Source: Gemmatimonadota bacterium | Lineage (GTDB): Bacteria; Gemmatimonadota; Gemmatimonadetes; Palauibacterales; Palauibacteraceae | Assembly (NCBI GenBank): GCA_039588275.1 | Contig: JBDHAC010000003.1 | Span: 56,855-120,854 of the forward strand | Direction of reading: 5' to 3' | DNA length: 64,000 nucleotides | In this document: piece after piece, positions 1 to 9,528 of the stretch | Numbering within the stretch: the stretch's first letter is position 1 | How the letters are laid out: each line of letters begins with the position of its first letter | Position numbers and translations under genes: made by a program | The notes under the pieces: generated by a model | What the model was told of the DNA's origin: nothing | Database searches by the model: none | The model's input: the letters and a program-made list of their open reading frames with translations, nothing else

Positions 1-2
1 TC

Positions 3-377
3 TCCGGCAAGCGTTCGGAGGCCGTGACGCGGCGGGCGACCGAGCTTGGCATCGTCGAGGTGCATCAGGGGGCGCCGTTCGGAAAGGTCGCGGCCGTCGA
101 GGGTATCCTGTCGAGGCACGGATGGTCCTGGTCGGCCGTGGCGCACCTCGGAGATGATCTGGCGGACGCCGCGCTCATGGAGCGAGTGCGGCTCCCCGCA
201 GCCGTCTCCAACGCCGTGCCGGAAGTGAAAGCACGCGCCTCGTGGTGTGGGACTGTGCCCGGAGGGAGCGGGGCCGTGCGCGAATTCGTGGAGGCGCTGT
301 TGCGCGCACGCGGAGAGTGGGAGGAGCTCGTGGAGGCGTATGTCGAGCGGAGTCGTGGAACAGCTGCGGGAGACTGA
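3..377 (-). other. placeholder note: see + strand kdsC entry; no minus-strand feature supported here
   Basis: No supported minus-strand product; the region is explained by kdsC on the + strand. Confidence 0.01.
3..377 (+). CDS. kdsC: KDO 8-phosphate phosphatase (HAD family), 5'-truncated by window edge
   Basis: Frame open from base 3 (SGKRSEAVTRRATELGI); motifs GDDLAD, AVSNAVPEVK, GGSGAVREFVE; upstream of kdsD-lptC. Confidence 0.85.
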   Translation, partial: SGKRSEAVTRRATELGIVEVHQGAPFGKVAAVEGILSRHGWSWSAVAHLGDDLADAALMERVRLPAAVSNAVPEVKARASWCGTVPGGSGAVREFVEALLRARGEWEELVEAYVERSRGTAAGD

Positions 378-1353
378 GACGGTTCGGCACGACGCCGAGC
401 TTCTGGCGCTCGCCCGCAACGTCGTGCGGATCGAGTCCGAAGGCGTCGCCTCGCTGATCGAGCGGCTGGATGAGCGGTTTATCGAGGCGGTGCGGCTGAT
501 TCTCGGGGCGACCGGGCGCGTCGTGGTGACCGGGGTGGGCAAGTCTGGCCTCGTGGCGCGCAAGATCGCCTCGACGCTCGCTTCTACAGGTACTCCCGCG
601 CTCTTTCTGCACCCGGTCGAGGGCGCGCACGGCGACGTGGGTGTGCTGCTGCGCGGTGACGTCCTGGTCATCGTTTCGCGAAGCGGGACCTCCGAGGAGC
701 TCATCGCCCTGTTGCCTTCGGTACGTCGACTCGAGATCCCCATCGTAGCGATCACGGGCGTCTCGCAATCGCCCCTGGGTCGCGCGGCGAAGGCGGTCCT
801 CGACGTCGGAGTGTCTGAAGAGGCATGCCCGCATGATCTGACTCCCACCTCGAGCAGTACAGCCGCGCTCGTGATGGGCGATGCCGTCGCGATGGCCCTG
901 TTGCACAGCCGTGGGTTCGAGGCCGAGGACTTCGCCCGGCTGCACCCGGGCGGGGTACTCGGGCGGCGACTTCTTTGGCGCGTGGAGGACGTGATGCTGT
1001 CGGGGGACGAGGTCCCGGTGGTTGGACCCGACGTCCCGCTCGCGGAGGCGATGCACGAGATCGCACACCGTCGCGGAACCGTGCCTGTCGTGGACGCCGA
1101 CCGTAGGGTGGTCGGCGTGATGACCGCCGGTGATCTGACGCGCTTCGCGGAGGAGCACGCGGACTTCCTGACCCGCCCCGCCGCAGAGGCGATGAACGCG
1201 GACCCCAAGGTGGTGGGGCCGACAGCGCTGGCTATGGAAGCACTGGGTCGAATGGAGGAGCATGGCGTGATGGCGATGCCGGTCGTCGACGCGACGCACA
1301 GGCTCGTGGGCATCGTACACCTGCACGACGTGCTACGCGCGGGGGTGCGTTGA
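340..1353 (+). CDS. kdsD: KpsF/GutQ family arabinose-5-phosphate isomerase (SIS + 2 CBS)
   Basis: GVGKSG, HPVEGAHGD, EEACPHDLTPTSS, LHPGGVLG, C-terminal CBS pair; ATG at 340 preceded by GGAGG. Confidence 0.92.
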   Translation: MSSGVVEQLRETETVRHDAELLALARNVVRIESEGVASLIERLDERFIEAVRLILGATGRVVVTGVGKSGLVARKIASTLASTGTPALFLHPVEGAHGDVGVLLRGDVLVIVSRSGTSEELIALLPSVRRLEIPIVAITGVSQSPLGRAAKAVLDVGVSEEACPHDLTPTSSSTAALVMGDAVAMALLHSRGFEAEDFARLHPGGVLGRRLLWRVEDVMLSGDEVPVVGPDVPLAEAMHEIAHRRGTVPVVDADRRVVGVMTAGDLTRFAEEHADFLTRPAAEAMNADPKVVGPTALAMEALGRMEEHGVMAMPVVDATHRLVGIVHLHDVLRAGVR

Positions 1354-2273
1354 GTATCCTCGGGCGCGTCACGGCGACCCGGATTCGGGAACGCGTCGCG
1401 ACCGGTCTGGTACTGGGCGGCCTGACCGGGAGCGCCGGGTGCGCCCCGGATGAAGCGACGCCCACCGCCGGGCCCGAGGTCCTGCGCGAGGGCGTCGACA
1501 TGGTGATCGTGGACATGGATCACTACCTGTCGCGGCTCGGTATCCGACGTGCGCGCCTGCTGGCCGACACGGCCGAGTACGTCAGTGAGAACGAGATCCA
1601 CCTCAAGCCCGTCGAACTCGTCTTCTTCGACGACGAGGGCCGCGAGATCTCGGTCTTGATCGCGGACTACGGCGTGTTCGACGAGGTATCCGAGGACATG
1701 GAAGCGAACGGCAATGTCGTGGTTCTGGATCGGCGGGACGACCGGAAGCTCGAGACCGAGCAGATTCGCTACACCAAGGAGGAAGATCGCCTGTACGGCG
1801 ACAGCCCCTTCGTGATGGAGAGCAACGGAGGGCGTACCATCCACCAGGGAGACTCGTTCGAGGCGGATCCGGGGCTCGACGACGTCATCATGTGGGGCCC
1901 GGGCGGGCGTTCGGAGCCTCGCATCGACACGCTGACGGTGGAACCGTTGGATTCGGGCGCGGACGCGACGCCGGATTCGCTGCTCGAAGTGGACCCGGAT
2001 TCTCCGGCTGCGGAGGCGCCGGACTCTCTGGCTGCGGAGGCGCCGGACTCTCTGGCAGCAGAGACGCCGGATTCTCTGGCTGCCCGAGATTCTACGTCCG
2101 CGGACTCGACCGCGACCGCTCGGGACACGGCAGCCCGCGACACCACCTCTCGGGACACGACCACCGTCGCACCGGACTCCACGGCGAGGGACATGGCGGG
2201 CCGCGACACCACCGCCCACCGCTCGACGACCTCGGTAAGACGCCGGGAGCAAGCCGGCCGCGACGCCGGCTGA
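1350..2273 (+). CDS. lptC: LPS export protein LptC with long D-S/T-rich C-terminal tail
   Basis: N-terminal hydrophobic segment ending AGC, jellyroll-like core (LLADTA, GNVVV, LETEQIRY, GDSFEADPGL); position between kdsD and lptA/lptB. Confidence 0.8.
   Translation: MSILGRVTATRIRERVATGLVLGGLTGSAGCAPDEATPTAGPEVLREGVDMVIVDMDHYLSRLGIRRARLLADTAEYVSENEIHLKPVELVFFDDEGREISVLIADYGVFDEVSEDMEANGNVVVLDRRDDRKLETEQIRYTKEEDRLYGDSPFVMESNGGRTIHQGDSFEADPGLDDVIMWGPGGRSEPRIDTLTVEPLDSGADATPDSLLEVDPDSPAAEAPDSLAAEAPDSLAAETPDSLAARDSTSADSTATARDTAARDTTSRDTTTVAPDSTARDMAGRDTTAHRSTTSVRRREQAGRDAG
1995..2084 (+). repeat. 24-bp coding tandem repeat, about 4 copies (PDSLAAEA)
   Basis: ccggattctccggctgcggaggcg / ccggactctctggctgcggaggcg / ccggactctctggcagcagagacg / ccggattctctggctgcc. 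Confidence 0.9.
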
Positions 2274-2281
2274 GATGCGCG

Positions 2282-4474
2282 ATGCCGGCGCTTGAATCCG
2301 CGACGCTAACGGTCCGCGCACGAGCCACGGCCGCATGTGGCGGATTTGCGCTCGCGGCGCTGCTCATCCCCACTTCGCTCGCGGGGCAAGGCACGCAGCG
2401 TGGTAGCTGCACCCTGATCTGGGAACCGACCACCGCGGACACGCGCAGCGTCAGCACCCGCGAGGGGCAGGACGCGTACGTGACGCATGTGAGCGGCGGG
2501 ATGCTGTGGACGTGCGGTACGGCCACGATGCGCGCGGACAGCGCAGTCAAGTACGACCTGGCCCGCCGCGTGGACCTGATCGGGAACGTGCGCTATCGGG
2601 ATACGATCCGCACCCTGGAGTCGGTATACCTCACCTATTTCGAGCTCGATGACCGAGTCATCGCTACCGACAGCGTCCACTTGACGCGGCTTGTCGACGG
2701 CTCGACGCTGACGGGGCCCCGAGTGGAGTTTCTGCGGGCGGTGACGGGCGTGGATGAAGAGACGATCGCGACCGGCCGGCCCCACATGGTGCTTTACCCG
2801 GAAGGAGATGACCCTGGCCCGCCGTTCGACGTCGACGCGGACCGGGCCATCTTCGCCGGGGAGGAAGAGGCGCGCGCGTTCGGGGATGTGATCATCACCC
2901 GACCTGACCTTCGCGCCGAGGCTGACTCCACCACCTTTCGCATCCCCGAGGGGACGGGGGTCTTGTACGGATCCCCTCGGGTGGAAGCCGAGACTATCAC
3001 TCTGCGCGGCGACACCATCCGGACCGGCTTCGAGGACAACGTGTTGCGGGACGTGCATGCGCTCGGCCGAGCGCATGCGCAGGGCGAGTCGTTCGAGGTC
3101 CGGTCGGAGCGCATCGACGTCGCGGTAGAGGACGACGAGGTGGAGGCAGTGTGGGCCCACGGTGCGGGCATGGCGGAAGCCATATCCGGGGACCAGCACC
3201 TGTACGGCGATTCGCTGCGCTTCGCGATGTTCGAGGGTCGGCTCGACACCATCAACGCGGTCGGCCGAACTGCGGCTGTCCAGGGCACCGGGCCGGCTCG
3301 CTTCGAATTGGAGACGGCGACCGTTCCCGAGACCGAGTCGGGCGATGAGGCTGCCGTCCCGCCCGCCGCGGACTCGATCGGCGTCGCGGAGCCGGTGGCC
3401 GAAGACTCGGTGCGCGCCCCGGACCCGGTCGTGGAGGATTCGGTCCGCCTGCCGGAGCCGATGGCCGAAGACTCGATCGGCGTCGTAGAGCCGGTGGCCG
3501 AAGACTCGGTGCGCGCCCCGGAGCCGGTCGTGGAGGATTCGGTCCGCACACCGGTCCAGCAACCCTTCGAGGCGGCCGAGGCGGTTCCGCTGGAGGAGGA
3601 CCCGGGCGAAGGTGCCACACCCACCGTGGCCCGCGGCGTGGCCGACGAGAGCGTGGCAGGCGAGGCGAATGCCGACACGACCTCCCGGGCGGAGCCCGAC
3701 CGATCCGACGAGGTATCGAGGTTGCGTCTGCCCACCGAAGAGGACTCCAATTGGGTGAGCGGAGATACCCTGTACGCGATCTTCGAGCGCACCCCGCGAG
3801 CGGCCGGGCCGAGTCCGCCGGAGAGCACGCGGGCAGCCCCGATTCTCCCGGACAGCGCAGGGGCAGCCCGGATTCTCCCGGACAGCGTCATCGCCATCCC
3901 GGTTCCGACCGACAGCGCGGTCGCCGTGCCGGCCGAGCCGGACTCCACGGCCGACCCCGTCTTGGAGCGACTCACGGTTATCGGTCACGCGCGCTCCCTG
4001 TACGCGCAGGTCCGTGACACGGCCGCAGCCAATCGACCCTCCCGCAATTACATGATCGGATCGCGGATAGACATCTTCTTCCGCGACGGGGAGCCTGAAC
4101 GGGTGGAAGGTACGGACGCCATCGGTCTATACCTGGAGCCGCTCGAGACGCCGGAGAGCCAGGCCCCCGAGACCGGCGCGGTCCCGGCGCCGCAAGACAC
4201 GACGGGCACCGGCGCCCGCGAAGACACGACGAGTGTCCGTGTTCGCGAAGACACGACCCAGGTCTCGCAACCACCGGACTCGAGCGGAGGTGTGCCGACG
4301 CGTCCTCGGGAGAGCGGTGCGCGCTCCACCGCGAGCGTGACGAACTCGGCCGCTCGAGACGGCCGTCGGGATCCACCCGCGAGAGATTCGGTGCAGGGCA
4401 AGAGGTCTGGAACCGCTGCATCCCGAGCGTCTCGCATGCGGTCGGGGCCACCACTGTCGAGGATCTTTCCATGA
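2282..4474 (+). CDS. LptA/OstA-like periplasmic protein (about 730 aa) with repeat insertions
   Basis: Signal-peptide-like N-terminus; repeated OstA beta-jellyroll motifs (MRADSA, GNVRYRD, AEADS, LRGDTI, LYGDSL, VSGDTL); between lptC and lptB; start moved from ORF track 1892 to ATG 2282. Confidence 0.75.
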   Translation: MPALESATLTVRARATAACGGFALAALLIPTSLAGQGTQRGSCTLIWEPTTADTRSVSTREGQDAYVTHVSGGMLWTCGTATMRADSAVKYDLARRVDLIGNVRYRDTIRTLESVYLTYFELDDRVIATDSVHLTRLVDGSTLTGPRVEFLRAVTGVDEETIATGRPHMVLYPEGDDPGPPFDVDADRAIFAGEEEARAFGDVIITRPDLRAEADSTTFRIPEGTGVLYGSPRVEAETITLRGDTIRTGFEDNVLRDVHALGRAHAQGESFEVRSERIDVAVEDDEVEAVWAHGAGMAEAISGDQHLYGDSLRFAMFEGRLDTINAVGRTAAVQGTGPARFELETATVPETESGDEAAVPPAADSIGVAEPVAEDSVRAPDPVVEDSVRLPEPMAEDSIGVVEPVAEDSVRAPEPVVEDSVRTPVQQPFEAAEAVPLEEDPGEGATPTVARGVADESVAGEANADTTSRAEPDRSDEVSRLRLPTEEDSNWVSGDTLYAIFERTPRAAGPSPPESTRAAPILPDSAGAARILPDSVIAIPVPTDSAVAVPAEPDSTADPVLERLTVIGHARSLYAQVRDTAAANRPSRNYMIGSRIDIFFRDGEPERVEGTDAIGLYLEPLETPESQAPETGAVPAPQDTTGTGAREDTTSVRVREDTTQVSQPPDSSGGVPTRPRESGARSTASVTNSAARDGRRDPPARDSVQGKRSGTAASRASRMRSGPPLSRIFP
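3371..3553 (+). repeat. 33-bp coding repeat x6 arranged as a 99-bp higher-order duplication
   Basis: DSIGVAEPVAE-DSVRAPDPVVE-DSVRLPEPMAE-DSIGVVEPVAE-DSVRAPEPVVE-DSVRTP; gactcgatcggcgtcg recurs at 3371 and 3470. Confidence 0.9.
3831..3887 (+). repeat. 30-bp tandem duplication (AAxILPDS)
   Basis: gggcagccccgattctcccggacagcg at 3831 and gggcagcccggattctcccggacagcg at 3861. Confidence 0.9.
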
Positions 4475-5289
4475 CCGATTCGGGCTCGACCGCGCAGGAT
4501 CGCACGCACGAGACGTCGGCCCAGGCCATGGACCCGGAGCCGCTGGCGCGCGAGGTCAACGCCTCGCCGAGCACGCTGCGCGCCGATGGACTCGTGAAGT
4601 CTTTCAAGCGACGGCGGGTCGTGGATGAGGTCGATTTGAGCCTGGTGCAGGGAGAGATCGTCGGGCTGCTCGGACCCAACGGGGCAGGGAAGACGACGAC
4701 GTTCTATATGATGGTCGGACTCCTCAAAGCCGATCAAGGCCGCGTGTATCTGGACGACCAGGAGCTCACCACGTGGCCGATGTACAAGAGAGCGCGGGCC
4801 GGGATCGGCTATCTGCCCCAGGAACCCTCCGTGTTCCTGAAGCTGAGCGTGGAGGACAACGTGATGGCGATTCTGGAGACGCTTCCGCTGTCTCGCGAAG
4901 AGCGTCATGCGAGACTCGAGAGCCTCCTCGATGAACTGTCGATCAAGCACCTGCGGAAGAACAAGGCCTATTCACTGTCCGGGGGCGAGCGCCGGCGGCT
5001 GGAAATCACCAGGGCGCTGGTGACGCGACCCAAGTTCCTGTTACTCGATGAGCCCTTCACGGGAGTCGACCCGATCGCGATCGACGACATTCAACGCATA
5101 GTGCAAGGACTCCGGAACAAGGGTCTGGGGGTGCTCGTCACCGACCACAACGTGCGCGAGACTTTGTCCATAACCGACCGCGCGTATCTCCTGTTCAACG
5201 GCGAAATCCTCGTCGAAGGACCGGCTGATCGGCTCGTGAAAGACCCCGAGGCGCGCGCACTCTACCTGGGACAAGACTTCCGGCTTTAG
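4471..5289 (+). CDS. lptB: LPS export ABC transporter ATP-binding protein
   Basis: GPNGAGKTT, YLPQEPSVF, LSGGERRRLEI, LLDEPFTGVDP, TDHNVRETL, YLGQDF. Confidence 0.96.
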   Translation: MTDSGSTAQDRTHETSAQAMDPEPLAREVNASPSTLRADGLVKSFKRRRVVDEVDLSLVQGEIVGLLGPNGAGKTTTFYMMVGLLKADQGRVYLDDQELTTWPMYKRARAGIGYLPQEPSVFLKLSVEDNVMAILETLPLSREERHARLESLLDELSIKHLRKNKAYSLSGGERRRLEITRALVTRPKFLLLDEPFTGVDPIAIDDIQRIVQGLRNKGLGVLVTDHNVRETLSITDRAYLLFNGEILVEGPADRLVKDPEARALYLGQDFRL

Positions 5290-5339
5290 GGCGCGTCAGC
5301 GGGGGTGCCATCCATCCCAGCACCGTGTATCTTTAGCTT

Positions 5340-5356
5340 CTGGTACGATTCTTGTG
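5340..5356 (+). promoter_or_regulatory. sigma54 -24/-12-like element upstream of rpoN (GG-N10-GT variant)
   Basis: CTGGTACGATTCTTGTG versus consensus YTGGCACGRNNNTTGCW, about 80 bp upstream of rpoN start. Confidence 0.5.
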
Positions 5357-5434
5357 ACACATGGGTGTGGGGATGAACGTGCGGAAGCCAGCCTGCCCGA
5401 AGGCCCTATCCAGGGGTGAGCAAGGAGGAACGAG

Positions 5435-6904
5435 GTGAGCGGAATGCGACCCGGCCTCCACACGGGCCTTCGAATGAAACAAGAGTTGAAGGTGAATCCT
5501 CGCCTGTATCAGGCGATGGACCTTCTCTATATGCCCCTCCTCGATCTTCAACAGCACCTCAAGCAAGAGCTCGTCAACAACCCGTTCCTCGACCTCGTCG
5601 AGCCGGGCGAGGACGAGTTGAAGGAAGAAGCCGAGGAAAAGGAAGACCCCGAAGAGGAGGAAGTCGATTGGGAGGAGATCCTGCTCAACGGCTTCGATGC
5701 GGGGGGACGGCGCGCGGAGTACGAGGAGAAGGAGTACTTCCGACCCACCCCGGCCGCGACGCGGGATCTGTGGGACCACCTGTTCGATCAGCTCACGTTG
5801 ATGAAGCTGGTTCCGCGCGAGGTGCTGATCGGCGAGGAGATCATCGGCAACATCGACCGGGAAGGCTTTCTGACCTGTTCGCTGGGGCAGATCGTAGAGT
5901 CGGTGAACAACTATCTCGCGGACCCGGAAAACCCGCTCGTCCGTGAGGCGGAGGAGGCCGAAGAGGAGATCAATCTCGAGTCGGTCACCACGGAGGAAGT
6001 GGAGCGGATGCTCGGCATGATACAGGGCTTCGATCCCAGCGGGATCGCGGCTCGCGATCTGCGCGAGACGTTGCTCTTGCAGCTCCGAGACCGAGGCGAG
6101 GAGGACACGCTGGCGTTCCGGATCGTCCGCGATCACTTCGACGAGTTGGTGAATCATCGTTGGAGCGAGCTCTCGAAGGAGCACGGCATCTCGCCGCAGG
6201 AAGTCCAGAGCGCTGCGGATGAGATTTCGAAGTTGGACCCGAAGCCGGGGCTCAAGTACTCGGACCTGTCCGACGCCTACGTGATTCCCGATCTCGTCGT
6301 CGAGAAGATCGACGGCCAGTATTACGTCTTCCACAACGACACCTCGCTGCCTCGCCTCAAGCTCTCGCGCTCCTATCGCGAGGTCGCGCAGGACCGAGGC
6401 AAGTTCCAGGGCGAGAACAAGACCTTCATCTCGAAGAAGCTCAACAGCGCCCAGTGGATGATCCAGGCGATCGAGCAGCGCCGGCAGACCATGCTGAAAG
6501 TGATGAACTTCATCGTCGACCGGCAGCGGGACTTCTTCGAGAAGGGCGTCGAGCACCTGCGCCCGCTCACTCTCCGCGAGGTCGCCGAGCACATCGACAT
6601 GCATGAGTCGACGGTGTCGCGGGTCACGAACGAGAAGTACGTGCAGACACCTCGTGGCGTATTCCCACTCAAGTTCTTCTTCTCGAGCGGGCTGTCCACC
6701 GACTACGGGGAGGATGTGTCGGCCCGCGGCGTGCGGGCGCAGATCAAGAAGCTCGTGGGAGAGGAGGATTCCACGAGCCCGCTCACGGACCAGGCCATCG
6801 TCGACATCCTGAAACGAGACGGCGTACAGATCGCGCGCCGAACGGTGGCAAAATACCGCGACCAGCTCGGGATCCTCTCCGCTCGCATGCGCAAGCGCGT
6901 ATGA
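5435..6904 (+). CDS. rpoN: RNA polymerase sigma-54 factor
   Basis: Region I (QAMDLL..P..L), HESTVSRV, RpoN box ARRTVAKYR; AGGAGG 6 nt before GTG. Confidence 0.97.
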   Translation: MSGMRPGLHTGLRMKQELKVNPRLYQAMDLLYMPLLDLQQHLKQELVNNPFLDLVEPGEDELKEEAEEKEDPEEEEVDWEEILLNGFDAGGRRAEYEEKEYFRPTPAATRDLWDHLFDQLTLMKLVPREVLIGEEIIGNIDREGFLTCSLGQIVESVNNYLADPENPLVREAEEAEEEINLESVTTEEVERMLGMIQGFDPSGIAARDLRETLLLQLRDRGEEDTLAFRIVRDHFDELVNHRWSELSKEHGISPQEVQSAADEISKLDPKPGLKYSDLSDAYVIPDLVVEKIDGQYYVFHNDTSLPRLKLSRSYREVAQDRGKFQGENKTFISKKLNSAQWMIQAIEQRRQTMLKVMNFIVDRQRDFFEKGVEHLRPLTLREVAEHIDMHESTVSRVTNEKYVQTPRGVFPLKFFFSSGLSTDYGEDVSARGVRAQIKKLVGEEDSTSPLTDQAIVDILKRDGVQIARRTVAKYRDQLGILSARMRKRV

Positions 6905-7986
6905 CCGAAGCGGCCGCGGACGAACGATCCGTACCAGCGGCTCCCCCTTCCCACCCGGTCTCGGCTCCAGATGTCTCGCGCTCCGAGACCCCGCCTGCGA
7001 AGGCACCGCAGGTGACCGCGGCCTCCTCGCCGGCCCCCAGGGTCTCGATCGTGATCCCGGCGTTCAACGAAGCCGAGAACATGCCCGAGCTCTTCGACGA
7101 GCTCGCCGGAACCATCCGTGAGCACGACCTTCACGCCGAGATCATCCTCGTGGACGATGGTTCGACCGACGGCACGCTGACCGCGGCTCGCCAGGCGACC
7201 GAGGCAGCAGACTTGCGGGACGTCACGCTGCTCCAGCACCGGCGCAACCGAGGCAAGACGGAGGCGCTGATCACGGCCGCACGCGAGGCACGGGGCGAGT
7301 ATCTGGTGCTGTTCGACGCCGACCTGCAGCATTCGCCGCAGGAGATCCCACGCTTCGTCGAGCGCCTGGACTCGGGCGTGGATGTCGTCGCCGGTCGTAA
7401 GGTAGGACCGTACGAAAAGCGACTCGTATCGGGCCTCTACAATTGGCTCGCGCGGAAGATCTTCCGAGTCCCGGCTCGAGACCTGAACGCCATGAAGGCG
7501 TTTCGCGCCGAGGTCCTGGATCGCATCCACCTACGCCATGATTGGCACCGGTATCTCGTGATCCTGGCGCATGCCGAAGGATACGAGATCGGGGAGATGG
7601 ACATCCGGCTATACCCGCGCCGACACGGGGAGCCCAAGTACTCCGGCCGTCGGCGAATCCTCGTGGGAATCCTGGACCTGCTGGCCGTGTGGTTCCAGCT
7701 CGTGTTCAGTCGCAAGCCCATGCTGTTCTTCGGCGTGACCGGACTGGGGCTGTTGGTGGCGGGCGGGATCACGGGCGCGGTAGCGCTTGTCCTCCGCTTT
7801 GCCTTCCAGCTCGGCTTTCGACCCCTGCTCACGCTGGTCCTGCTGCTCGTGATGTCCGGGCTAGTTCTTTTCGTGCTGGGCTTCCTGGCGGAGTTGATCG
7901 CGGGGCTGCGGGGGGAGATCGAGGAGCTAAGACGAGAGCGTCGTGAGGGGCGCTGGCGGGTGGGGACCGGCGACCGCCAGGACTGA
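6901..7986 (+). CDS. GT2 glycosyltransferase, ArnC/GtrB-like polyprenol-phosphate glycosyltransferase with 2 C-terminal TM helices
   Basis: SIVIPAFNE, VDDGSTD, NRGK, DADLQH, RRHGEPKY, two hydrophobic C-terminal segments. Confidence 0.88.
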   Translation: MTEAAADERSVPAAPPSHPVSAPDVSRSETPPAKAPQVTAASSPAPRVSIVIPAFNEAENMPELFDELAGTIREHDLHAEIILVDDGSTDGTLTAARQATEAADLRDVTLLQHRRNRGKTEALITAAREARGEYLVLFDADLQHSPQEIPRFVERLDSGVDVVAGRKVGPYEKRLVSGLYNWLARKIFRVPARDLNAMKAFRAEVLDRIHLRHDWHRYLVILAHAEGYEIGEMDIRLYPRRHGEPKYSGRRRILVGILDLLAVWFQLVFSRKPMLFFGVTGLGLLVAGGITGAVALVLRFAFQLGFRPLLTLVLLLVMSGLVLFVLGFLAELIAGLRGEIEELRRERREGRWRVGTGDRQD

Positions 7987-9528
7987 GTGAGCGACGATCC
8001 GAAGGCGGACCCGGGGAGTTCCCGCCGCTCGCGCTTCGGGTGGACGGCGGCGGGTCTCGCCACCCTGCACGCGGTGGTCGGGTTGCTCCTCTTCGAGCCC
8101 ACGCTCTTTCCGGGCGGCGACAACGCAGGCTATCTGATCCTCGGCGATTCACTGAGAACGGGTAGCGGATACCGAGACCTCTACCTGCCAGGGTCCCCGC
8201 TCCACGCCAGGTATCCCCCGCTGCTGCCGTCGCTTCTAGCGCTCCTCGGCACGCTCGGCGGCACCCATCTCGCCAAGATCGCCATGCTAGCCTGCACGTC
8301 GCTCGCGGTCTGGGTCACGGCGATCCTGGGCCGCCGACTCGTTGGAGATGGCCCCGCTCTATTCGCAGCGGCGCTACTGGCCATCAACCCGACGTTGCTC
8401 GAGTACGGGCACTACATCCTGTCCGAGGCCCCCTTCGTGTTGCTGGTCGTACTGGCGTTGTGGGCGTCGCAGCGCGACGACCGTCAGGGGGCGGTACTGG
8501 CCACCGTCGCTGCGGTCGGTGCGTTCGCCACGCGTACGGCGGGACTTACCGTGCTACTGGCGCTCCCGCTGAGCTGGGTGGCCCGAAAGTCCTGGCGTCG
8601 CGCCGCCTGGGGAGGCATCGTGGCGATCTCCACGCTCGCGATCTGGGGACTCTACCAGCGCTGGGCCGCGCCGGAGCAGCCGGGCTACTTACAGGAACTC
8701 GTGCTCATCGACCCCTACACCCCCGAGGCGGGCTCGGTGGGCCTTACCGGACTTGCCTTGCGCGCGGCGGAGAACCTCTGGGCGTACGCGAGCCGCGTCA
8801 TCCCGCAGACTGCGATCGGCACGGAAGGAGCGGCCACACCTCTGGTCGCGATCTTCGGGCTCACGCTGGCGGGGCTCGCGCTCGCTGGCTGGGCGATGCG
8901 CACCCGCAAGCCGCTGGACCCCCCGGAGATCTTCGTACTGCTCTATGTGGGGCTGATCGCGATCTGGCCTCAGGTCTGGACCGATCGGCGTTTCCTGCTC
9001 CCGCTCCTTCCGATGCTCACGCTGTTGGCCCTCGGCTTCGTCGCCAGCCGGGGCGACCGCGCGCGGCGCTGGGCGCCGGCCTTACTGGCGTGCGCAATCG
9101 CGCTCCCCTGTCTCGTGTGGGTTGTCAAACGGGTGCCCGCGCGCGTTGAATGCGTCGCGATGTATCGTGCGGGCCAACCGTGCGATATTCCGGCGTTCGC
9201 CAGCCTATACGAAGCCGCCCGCTGGGCCCGTGACAGCACGCCCCCCGATGCAATCATCGCCAACCGGAAGCCGCGGCTGTTTTACTGGTACTCCCGCCGG
9301 CAGGGTGACCTGTACCCGTTCTCGACCGACGAAGATATCGTGCTCGGCGGGCTCGAGCGCATGGGTGCGGACTTCGTTGTCGTCGACCAGGTGAGTGGCA
9401 CCACGGGACGTTATCTGGTCCCGGCCATCCAGGCCCGGCAGCACCGTTTCGAGCCTGTATACCAGGGAGGGTCCCCACCGACCTTCGTGTTTCGGATGCT
9501 GCCGTCGTCTCCCGTGGCCGTAAAATGA
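7987..9528 (+). CDS. GT-C fold membrane glycosyltransferase (ArnT/PMT-like)
   Basis: About 11-12 TM segments; acidic first loop (GGDNAGY), YPP motif, ILSE motif, RFLLPLLP, soluble C-terminal domain. Confidence 0.72.
   Translation: MSDDPKADPGSSRRSRFGWTAAGLATLHAVVGLLLFEPTLFPGGDNAGYLILGDSLRTGSGYRDLYLPGSPLHARYPPLLPSLLALLGTLGGTHLAKIAMLACTSLAVWVTAILGRRLVGDGPALFAAALLAINPTLLEYGHYILSEAPFVLLVVLALWASQRDDRQGAVLATVAAVGAFATRTAGLTVLLALPLSWVARKSWRRAAWGGIVAISTLAIWGLYQRWAAPEQPGYLQELVLIDPYTPEAGSVGLTGLALRAAENLWAYASRVIPQTAIGTEGAATPLVAIFGLTLAGLALAGWAMRTRKPLDPPEIFVLLYVGLIAIWPQVWTDRRFLLPLLPMLTLLALGFVASRGDRARRWAPALLACAIALPCLVWVVKRVPARVECVAMYRAGQPCDIPAFASLYEAARWARDSTPPDAIIANRKPRLFYWYSRRQGDLYPFSTDEDIVLGGLERMGADFVVVDQVSGTTGRYLVPAIQARQHRFEPVYQGGSPPTFVFRMLPSSPVAVK

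Noticed and set aside
3..377. Any minus-strand feature over the first 377 bp (the 0.01-confidence placeholder entry in features)
   Set aside because: Not a real feature and should be ignored; the region is kdsC on the + strand
175..7006. Long antisense ORFs (175..1326, 2306..3988, 5333..7006)
   Set aside because: Shadow frames of well-supported + strand genes; typical of high-GC DNA, with no recognisable motifs
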